64,000 nt of DNA, taken from a virus. Its lineage: Duplodnaviria; Heunggongvirae; Uroviricota; Caudoviricetes. This document shows positions 57,373 through 64,000 of the stretch, piece by piece. The notes below the pieces were generated by a model. That model was not told the origin of the DNA. It saw only the letters and a list, made by a program, of their open reading frames with translations, and ran no database searches. The translations under genes and the position numbers were made by a program. The stretch is taken from positions 317,336 to 381,335 of the IMG/VR virus record IMGVR_UViG_3300009709_000001; one strand, written 5' to 3'. Position 1 is the stretch's first letter. Each line of letters begins with the position of its first letter.

Positions 57373-58125
57373 TTAGCTCTTGCTTGCTGGAAGAATGTAG
57401 GAATACTTACCAATGCCACTATCGATCTCAATCTTCATTGCACCCATGTCTGAGAAGTACATGGTTGTATCCTTGGCAGTTTCGCTCAACTTCAAAATGC
57501 TGAGAACTTGTGCAAGAGGCCAAGACCACTGATGCTTTAAGCTACCGGTAACATTTTCGGCAAACGGAACAACAGTTCTATCAGTTGGACCTGTACCTAC
57601 AGAGAAGTTCAATGTGTTATTTGCATCGACACTTGCAATGAAGCGCTTTTCAAATCCACCCAATACACCCGAGAAGTAAGAAAGTTCTGCAATCTTCTTC
57701 TTTTCTGGAGTTACAGTCAGATTCCAAGTTGCACCCTTGAATGGCGGAACTTTAATCTGCTCACTAACCATAGCTTCACTCATAAAGCGATAGTTAGATA
57801 CGTGGCCTGTGCCGCTTGCGAATTTGATTTCAGTTGGCATTACATCGCCATTGCGTGTTTCTGTAACGACTTCGACCTTTGCTTTATCTCCAGCAAATGG
57901 TGGGAAGTCGATATAACCCTTGAGAATGCCCATTCTGGACAATCCAATAGTTTTATCAAGTCCATCGATTGGTTGATACATGCTGCCGAAAATAACGACA
58001 GTCTTATCAGCATCGATTGCTTCAATCTTTGCATCGTTAGCTTCGCCAACGATTTTAACCATATCAATAAAGCCCAGCGAACTGGTGTGCTTCACGATAT
58101 CTTTCATGTTATCTAAAATGCTCAT
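57373..58125 (-). CDS. putative sliding clamp (gp45-like, 250 aa)
   Basis: Size and position immediately downstream of PolB, own promoter; no diagnostic motif, so tentative. Confidence 0.4.
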   Translation of the reverse strand: MSILDNMKDIVKHTSSLGFIDMVKIVGEANDAKIEAIDADKTVVIFGSMYQPIDGLDKTIGLSRMGILKGYIDFPPFAGDKAKVEVVTETRNGDVMPTEIKFASGTGHVSNYRFMSEAMVSEQIKVPPFKGATWNLTVTPEKKKIAELSYFSGVLGGFEKRFIASVDANNTLNFSVGTGPTDRTVVPFAENVTGSLKHQWSWPLAQVLSILKLSETAKDTTMYFSDMGAMKIEIDSGIGKYSYILPASKS

Positions 58126-58165
58126 AGTTGTTCCTTATGTTTCTAGTATTTCTACAGCTTTTCAC

Positions 58166-58194
58166 AGTTTAAAGACTTTCAGCGCGAAAGTCAA
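58166..58194 (-). promoter_or_regulatory. sigma70-type promoter TTGACT-17-TAAACT
   Basis: Minus strand aaaTTTGACTttcgcgctgaaagtcttTAAACTgtg; the spacer pairs with the PolB 3' end (ttcagcgcg/cgcgctgaa). Confidence 0.6.
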
Positions 58195-58199
58195 ATTTT

Positions 58200-61151
58200 T
58201 CAAAACGCGCTGAAGTCGAATAATGTTTCAAGGTGTGCGTGTTCTTTATTAGTTCTCGAAAGATCCCAATTCAAAACACCTAGAAGATTCTTAACCTTCT
58301 GATCGACAATCGAACCCATCATTTCATCACTGTCAAATGGGAGGTTCAAGAACCAATCTGGTAAATGGGCTTCATCAACCGGATATGCAATGCTACTCAA
58401 ATTGTTTTCGGCATTGATCTTGAGTTTACAAACAATAATCTTCTGTCCGTCAATAATCCTCATTGCATGCTGGTCACGATGAATTTCTTTCAATCGATTC
58501 CACGCAAGGCTTGCTGTAACGTGTCCTGGTACATGCAAGTTACCGACTGTAATACCTTTTGCTTTCTGAATACCTGCAAGTTCAATCTTATCACGATAGT
58601 GAGTTAGCTTGTTAACTGCTCGCGGAGTTCCTTGTTTCCAAGGCTTCAAATCTTCAAACTGTTCTTTAAACAGGCGAATTTTCTCAATAACGGCATTTTC
58701 GCCCTTGTCTAGTAGAGTATCAAGTAAGATCTCAGACAAGAATTTTTGCACGAATTTAGGTGTATCTGCACGCTTCAAATCGAGACCCATAGCCTTGACT
58801 TTACCCGGCTTTCCGTCGACATCATATCTAATGCCGTCCTTATCGTACATCAAGCAAGCATATCTCTTCTTAACAATCCAAATACCTGTTTCGGACACAG
58901 TTTCACGAGACGATGCAATAACACCAGTCGAACGCTTTTGTGGCACATTCAATTTCTTGTTCAAGAACTCGGGGAATGTAGCAGAAACTGCTTTTGCCAA
59001 ATCATTGTAAAGATCGACAATGCTTTCCTTTGTCCACATAATATCACCACGTGCAATTTCTTCACGTAGAATTGGATATGCAGAGAAATAGCACGAGTCC
59101 GTATCACCATAAACAATTGCCTTGCCGTAATGATTATATTCACCAGCAATCATTTCATTTGTCTGAGCTGCCATGTGCTTCGTGATTGTACGACCAGTAA
59201 GCGTTGTGGATTGTCCTAGACGTTGATCGAAGAATCGACTACCTGCATTCAACAAAGCGCCGTATGCCGAGTTCAAGTTAATCTTCTTAACGAGCTGACG
59301 TTTGTCCCAGAAGCCAACAATACGCTTCAAATCCTTTTGATCGCGATGAATTGCTTTACCGTCCTTGACCATAAGGTTGTGTTGATTCATGTACTGAACA
59401 ACTCTCTTCTTATGACCTTCGGCGATAATTTCCTTCAGTTTCTTCGGCTTGTACGATTCCGATTCTGAATAGGGATTAGCCTTCAATTCTACATCACTGA
59501 TATCATCATTTGTGAACAATTCTGCCGGAACTAGAGTACCTTCAATTTTGGAGTTATCCTGAATGTCTTCATAGTTGGTCATAATACCTTGAAGCGTCTT
59601 ACGCTCGGTATACCAACGTGTCAGAATTCCCGGAATAATACCGTCAATATCTGTTCTAAAGATTGTACCGTTTGCACTGATACACCATGGCTGTCCACTC
59701 TTGAAAATCAAGTCATGCAATTCCTTGCCAGTGACTTCAAATTCAGAGCCGTCTTCCATATCAAGAGTTAGCTTATTGGCAATATCTTGATTATAAAAGT
59801 CTTCCATTTCTAGAACGTTGAATCTATCGTTCCACCAGTTAGCGAATGTGTATTTCGCACCTTTCTTTTCCCAAATGCCGATTGCATCGTTTGTACGATC
59901 TAGACGAATCTGTCCAACAATTGTTTCTGGACTCATATTCAGTGCTCTAAGAACCGACGGATACAGAGACTTCATGTCAGTTGAACCAATCCAGCGATGG
60001 AATCCCTTTCTTGGAGTTGCAACCCAGCCACCTGCAGCACGATTTGCTTCTTCGTCGCTACCACGCTTCTTATCTGGACAGATAAGTCCGCGATTGTGTG
60101 CTTCGACAAGTACAGCCTGGTCAGTAACTGCAACCGCACCCATTGTGGTCTGAATTAGAACACAGTTGGCATGTGCAATCGAATTTGCAAGATCCATGAA
60201 CTGGAGCTTCTTATCTAATCGATCAAGAAGTCGCGTATCCTGGATGTTATACTGTAAGAACTGCTCAAAGTCGTCATTGTAGAGTTCGTCAAGCGTACCT
60301 TCGTATTGTACCTTAGTTTCGTTAAGTTCAATTTCCGAGATAGCATTCAACGCATAACTATGTCTTTCTTCATAGTTGTATTTCTTGTAAAGCTGAAGAT
60401 AATCAACGTGAACACGACCAATAAGGTCGTAAGTTGGTTGAGTCTTGCCGCCGCGTTCAAATTCACGAACTTTAGGTTGCTGGTCCCACAGACAAAGTCT
60501 GCGAGCTTCATGCTTACCAAGAACACGCTTGATACGATTTACAACATAAGGAATATCGTATGCTTCACTATTCCATCCACTAAGAATGTCTGCATCTTCG
60601 ACAACGTCAATGAATGCATTAAGCATGTCTGCTTCGTTCTTGAATAGAACTACATTACCTACCTTATTTGCAATTTCATTAGCTTCATCCCAGGTCAATG
60701 TCTCTGGTGGCAATGCCAAGCAGATAATTTCATCTAGCCATTGCAGATGAACAGAAATTGAAGTGATGTAATTTAGTGCTTCGCTTGCTTCTGACCAGCC
60801 CGACTCTTTATCAAAGCTGGTTTCAATGTCGAAGAATGCAATGTTAAGGGAAGGAGCATCTTGCCCCTGATAATTGTGTTCAATACAGCGGAAGATTGGA
60901 TCTACATCCGATTCCCATGTTTTCGTATTGCTTGCCACAGTTTTCATTAGCTTCTGCTTTTCAGCATAGGTGCGTGGCGCTACCTTTTTTACGGAATTAC
61001 CGTAGATGGTCTTATTAAGACCCTTCGGGTCATTAATGAAGAAGTGATAGTCAGGTTGGAATTCCCGGTAAACTCTCTTACCGTTAACACGTTCAACAAT
61101 TTTGATTACTTCGCTATCACCGCCTCTTTTGAACAAGGCGTCAATATACAT
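58200..61151 (-). CDS. family B DNA polymerase (T4 gp43-like, 983 aa)
   Basis: Exo I FFDIETS, Exo II WNSEAYDIPY, Exo III YNIQDTRLL, motif A DMKSLYPS, motif B KINLNSAYG, motif C YGDTDS; uninterrupted. Confidence 0.97.
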   Translation of the reverse strand: MYIDALFKRGGDSEVIKIVERVNGKRVYREFQPDYHFFINDPKGLNKTIYGNSVKKVAPRTYAEKQKLMKTVASNTKTWESDVDPIFRCIEHNYQGQDAPSLNIAFFDIETSFDKESGWSEASEALNYITSISVHLQWLDEIICLALPPETLTWDEANEIANKVGNVVLFKNEADMLNAFIDVVEDADILSGWNSEAYDIPYVVNRIKRVLGKHEARRLCLWDQQPKVREFERGGKTQPTYDLIGRVHVDYLQLYKKYNYEERHSYALNAISEIELNETKVQYEGTLDELYNDDFEQFLQYNIQDTRLLDRLDKKLQFMDLANSIAHANCVLIQTTMGAVAVTDQAVLVEAHNRGLICPDKKRGSDEEANRAAGGWVATPRKGFHRWIGSTDMKSLYPSVLRALNMSPETIVGQIRLDRTNDAIGIWEKKGAKYTFANWWNDRFNVLEMEDFYNQDIANKLTLDMEDGSEFEVTGKELHDLIFKSGQPWCISANGTIFRTDIDGIIPGILTRWYTERKTLQGIMTNYEDIQDNSKIEGTLVPAELFTNDDISDVELKANPYSESESYKPKKLKEIIAEGHKKRVVQYMNQHNLMVKDGKAIHRDQKDLKRIVGFWDKRQLVKKINLNSAYGALLNAGSRFFDQRLGQSTTLTGRTITKHMAAQTNEMIAGEYNHYGKAIVYGDTDSCYFSAYPILREEIARGDIMWTKESIVDLYNDLAKAVSATFPEFLNKKLNVPQKRSTGVIASSRETVSETGIWIVKKRYACLMYDKDGIRYDVDGKPGKVKAMGLDLKRADTPKFVQKFLSEILLDTLLDKGENAVIEKIRLFKEQFEDLKPWKQGTPRAVNKLTHYRDKIELAGIQKAKGITVGNLHVPGHVTASLAWNRLKEIHRDQHAMRIIDGQKIIVCKLKINAENNLSSIAYPVDEAHLPDWFLNLPFDSDEMMGSIVDQKVKNLLGVLNWDLSRTNKEHAHLETLFDFSAF

Positions 61152-61402
61152 TAGCCGAGACCTCCAGCCTTGTATAGTTCTTCAAGTTCGTCCCAATCTT
61201 CACGGGCGTCATTCATTCGACCCTTTTGAACGATCTTGATTAGCTTATTCAACTGTGCTGGTTTGACTTCTAGTTCCTCGGCGATTGCCTTCACTGTTTC
61301 ATTGAGACCTTGCTTCAGGTCTTCGCATTCCTGAAGAACTGATACACCATCTTGAACGAGTTGTTTCAGACGTGTGATATTTTCTTGGCTAAGTTTCGCC
61401 AT
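61151..61402 (-). CDS. hypothetical protein (83 aa)
   Basis: ORF track; 1-nt overlap with PolB. Confidence 0.55.
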   Translation of the reverse strand: MAKLSQENITRLKQLVQDGVSVLQECEDLKQGLNETVKAIAEELEVKPAQLNKLIKIVQKGRMNDAREDWDELEELYKAGGLG

Positions 61403-62000
61403 TTTTATTTTTCTCCTGCTCTAATTTTCTTTTAGCCCATCGCTCTTTCATCGATGCACTCTGTTTCATTTTTGCTTCAGGCGTCTGTGGTTGTCCCTTA
61501 TTATAAGGCACTCTACCAGACATATTCTTACTCATTGATTCTTTTGCGGATTCTGTGTGTTTGCGACCCAACATCGGGTGCTGCAATTTAGATCTTGCTT
61601 CGGTTGCTTTTTCATAAACCCAGTCGGGTTGTCTTTTGCCGAAAAATGAGCTATTTTCACCAGAGTGTTGCTGTCTTAATTTTTCTCTAATTTCCGGTGT
61701 TTTAGCATCAGACATTTTCTGTTTGGTTTCAGCAGTATGTTTTCTTCCCGAGGCGCCTTCACCACCGTCGGTTAAATTTCTAAGAATACCTGTTCCGATA
61801 TCTTTTCTGCCATACCAACGAATATATCTTCGTTCTAGTGCAAATGCACCTATTTCTGTAAGATTAGACTCGAGTATAATAATCCGAAATTTATCCGGTG
61901 GGACATTTACAGTATGTCGACCGAGAAATCTTTTACCTGATCCTTTACCGATATAATAAGGAGTATTATCTACTCTAAGATAAGCGTAAACATAGAACAT
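61389..62000 (-). CDS. GIY-YIG homing endonuclease (203 aa)
   Basis: [24 protein letters not shown]; NUMOD3-like repeats ([20 protein letters not shown]). Confidence 0.8.
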   Translation of the reverse strand: MFYVYAYLRVDNTPYYIGKGSGKRFLGRHTVNVPPDKFRIIILESNLTEIGAFALERRYIRWYGRKDIGTGILRNLTDGGEGASGRKHTAETKQKMSDAKTPEIREKLRQQHSGENSSFFGKRQPDWVYEKATEARSKLQHPMLGRKHTESAKESMSKNMSGRVPYNKGQPQTPEAKMKQSASMKERWAKRKLEQEKNKNGET

Positions 62001-62021
62001 AAATTACTTACCATTTCAGTA

Positions 62022-62050
62022 AGTATACTCTAGACAACATTGAAAGTCAA
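62022..62050 (-). promoter_or_regulatory. sigma70-type promoter TTGACT-17-TATACT
   Basis: Minus strand actcTTGACTttcaatgttgtctagagTATACTtactg. Confidence 0.65.
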
Positions 62051-62079
62051 GAGTTTCAATGCAAGTCAAAAAAGGGAGA

Positions 62080-62670
62080 TCAGAATCTTCCGTAGGCATC
62101 CCCGGTAATAGGATCGTTGGTTCCCTTATACATATGGGGATCATAGCCGTGAATTGGAGACAATAAACCCTTGGCTTGATTGTCATCACGTACATCACCG
62201 GTAAATCTGTACATTTGGTCAGGCATTACTCGCTTGAACCATTCGACAATTAGCGGTCTAACATCTTGACCGGGCTCTGATTCTTCGATTGACTTGAACT
62301 GATCTGTTAATTCATCGTCATCAATTAGGCCTTCAATAAAAATCGGTGCTATCACAGCAGGGATTGGTTTCTCAAGCATTTTCTTTGCAAGCTCAAAATC
62401 ATCATTTGAGAGTGGCAAACGATGTACTGCTTCAGATAAGGTATTTGACATGCACATTTCCGGAACTAGGCCTTTAAGTTCACGATAATCTGCACGAAGC
62501 TTATCTTTTAGGAATTCTCTGCCGTTAGGAGATGTTCCTGGGTGCATAATCTTATCAACATATCGATCCATGCGTCCTTGGAGCATGTCAATACGCATGG
62601 CTGTTTGCGGCGAGAGGCTACGATCACTCATAGCCCCTTTCGGTAATAATAGTTCTAGAATTCGCATCAT
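62080..62670 (-). CDS. hypothetical protein (196 aa)
   Basis: ORF track. Confidence 0.55.
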   Translation of the reverse strand: MMRILELLLPKGAMSDRSLSPQTAMRIDMLQGRMDRYVDKIMHPGTSPNGREFLKDKLRADYRELKGLVPEMCMSNTLSEAVHRLPLSNDDFELAKKMLEKPIPAVIAPIFIEGLIDDDELTDQFKSIEESEPGQDVRPLIVEWFKRVMPDQMYRFTGDVRDDNQAKGLLSPIHGYDPHMYKGTNDPITGDAYGRF

Positions 62671-62696
62671 GTATTTATCACATGATGCGTCGGTTA

Positions 62697-63068
62697 TTAA
62701 CCGATAGCGAATTCTTCCGCTACGCTTGTAGGAATAAGATCGACATCAAATTCCTTAGCAAATTCAACCAACATTGGAAGAACAAAAACAGTTCCCGGGA
62801 TCGCAAGCAAGAATGCAAAGCGAGTAGAAACCATCAATTCATGTGCTATCTTGTTGGCCTTGGCAATTTCATTTACCGATGCATCACCGGTAGTTGCCTT
62901 CTGATAAATCTGCCACATTTCCTTGCTGTTCTTGGATTCAGCTTGGAAAACGGCCTTAACCTTTTCAAGCAATGCCTTCACATCAGTTTCGTTCTTTGGA
63001 AACTGAGTAAGGTAGCTCGAAGTTACTTTGAAAAATTCTTGTGGGGTCTTTGGAATGGGTCTGAACAT
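62697..63068 (-). CDS. hypothetical protein (123 aa)
   Basis: ORF 62697..63101 trimmed to MFRPIPK (AGGAGA 6 nt upstream of ATG 63068). Confidence 0.55.
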   Translation of the reverse strand: MFRPIPKTPQEFFKVTSSYLTQFPKNETDVKALLEKVKAVFQAESKNSKEMWQIYQKATTGDASVNEIAKANKIAHELMVSTRFAFLLAIPGTVFVLPMLVEFAKEFDVDLIPTSVAEEFAIG

Positions 63069-63169
63069 ATAGTGTCTCCTGTTTATTATTGTGCATTGCA
63101 CGATATTTGTAATGTAGCATATTTACCTCTTGCAGTGCAACATTTCCTTATTACGCGGTAAATATTTGT

Positions 63170-63709
63170 ATGAATACTATCAAATATTGTGCATTACCCG
63201 AATGTGGTAAACCTTTCACTAATTGGAGAAGTTCTTGTTGTTGCAAAAGCCATCAGGGAATCTTTTCGGCTAAAAGTCGACATGGAACACTTGGTAAGCC
63301 TAACATATCAAAAGAGGAATTGAAGATAAAGGCAAAAGATAGAAAAATTCTAAATCAAGAATTTATAGGCCCAAAGAAACCAAAAGAAAAAAGAGTCTAT
63401 ACCAAGAAAGTAAAAACATCTTCCGAATATATAACAATCGAAGAAAGAAAGGCTAAATGGGCAGCTTATATTGCAAATAGGAAGAAGAAAAGGGATCAGT
63501 CAATGCCAGCATGGGCTGACAAAGATAAGATTTTAGAATTCTATATAGAAGCAAGAAAACTTACAAAAGAAACTGGAATACTTCATGAGGTTGATCATAT
63601 TATCCCTTCTAATCATAAGTTAGTCTGTGGTTTACACAATGAGTTTAATCTTCAGATATTAACCAAAGATGAAAATCGTAAGAAAAGTAATAAATTCAAA
63701 ATAGAATAA
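63170..63709 (+). CDS. HNH endonuclease (179 aa)
   Basis: HEVDHIIPSNHKLVCGLHNEFNLQILTKDENRKKSNKF; N-terminal Cys cluster; AT-rich. Confidence 0.8.
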   Translation: MNTIKYCALPECGKPFTNWRSSCCCKSHQGIFSAKSRHGTLGKPNISKEELKIKAKDRKILNQEFIGPKKPKEKRVYTKKVKTSSEYITIEERKAKWAAYIANRKKKRDQSMPAWADKDKILEFYIEARKLTKETGILHEVDHIIPSNHKLVCGLHNEFNLQILTKDENRKKSNKFKIE

Positions 63710-64000
63710 TTATTCCGAAATCCTGAGCGAGCGGAAGACTCTACGAAATAGTTCCTTCTTATCTTTGTCGGATAATAGTGTTGGACACCATTTGAAAAAT
63801 TCTTCAAGCTTACCTTGCTGTGCATACTTTCGCATCTTGGATGCACTAACACCATTTACCTTGCCTGAATTATTTCTGAGGCCGGCCGATTTAACATCTA
63901 ATTCAATGCCCCATTCCTTAGCGTAGGGCATCATTCGTTCTGTAAATTCGGAAACTTGATCACTACCCACAATAAGAATGGCTTTATCGTAATTTTTCGA
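63710..64000 (-). CDS. cytidylyltransferase-superfamily nucleotidyltransferase (NMNAT-like), C-terminal part; continues beyond the window
   Basis: In-frame to the window edge (SKNYDKAILIVGSDQ...); GVSASKMRKY resembles the ISxTxxR motif; its stop abuts the stop of the HNH gene (TAATTA). Confidence 0.45.
   Translation of the reverse strand, partial: SKNYDKAILIVGSDQVSEFTERMMPYAKEWGIELDVKSAGLRNNSGKVNGVSASKMRKYAQQGKLEEFFKWCPTLLSDKDKKELFRRVFRSLRISE

Noticed and set aside
58200-61151. Looked for an intein, intron or split in the PolB gene, since endonucleases are so abundant
   Set aside because: All six polymerase/exonuclease motifs occur in order in one uninterrupted 983-aa frame of normal size. 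RtcB, QueE and MoxR are likewise uninterrupted.
1-64000. Searched the translations for QueC (SGGxDS), FolE, QueF, integrase/recombinase, transposase, terminase, tail or lysis cassettes and CRISPR repeats
   Set aside because: None could be recognised by motif in this window. Their absence here says nothing about the rest of the genome.

Overview
This window looks like a 64-kb slice of a large virulent T4-like phage genome. It carries a family-B DNA polymerase, a putative gp45-like clamp and an RNase H/FEN nuclease. I saw no integrase, CRISPR array or rRNA. All calls rest on motifs, hand translation and hand folding; no database search or program was run. I count about 128 tightly packed genes, 120 of them on the minus strand, many joined by ATGA or 1-nt overlaps.

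Recognisable content:
- Replication module: PolB at 58200-61151, a putative clamp and RNase H.
- A 7-deazaguanine DNA-modification set (QueE, QueD-like, DpdA-like transglycosylase), interleaved with a glycosyltransferase-like gene and unknowns.
- RtcB RNA ligase, a macro domain protein, a DHH phosphoesterase, a PPP phosphatase and an NMNAT-like gene fragment.
- A MoxR-type AAA+ ATPase and its VWA/HExxH partner.
- A second AAA+ ATPase next to two GC-rich membrane proteins.
- An SPFH operon and a secreted S11 D,D-peptidase.
- Twelve free-standing homing-endonuclease-type genes (HNH, GIY-YIG, EndoVII-type, PD-(D/E)xK-like).
- One non-canonical tRNA-like gene.
- Fourteen sigma70-type promoters found by hand; three put the ATG about 6 nt after the -10 element, a leaderless layout.
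- Nine terminator-type hairpins.
- Several small-protein paralog families, and four plausible genes below the 60-aa ORF-track cutoff.

Best candidates for something new:
- The deazaguanine cluster has no QueC or FolE in view and contains unexplained extra enzymes.
- The GC-rich genes (AAA+/membrane proteins, MoxR, VWA, SPFH) form self-contained promoter-gene-terminator units inside an AT-rich genome.
- The recurring leaderless promoter layout.
- The very dense homing-endonuclease population, two of which have hairpins occluding the ribosome-binding site.
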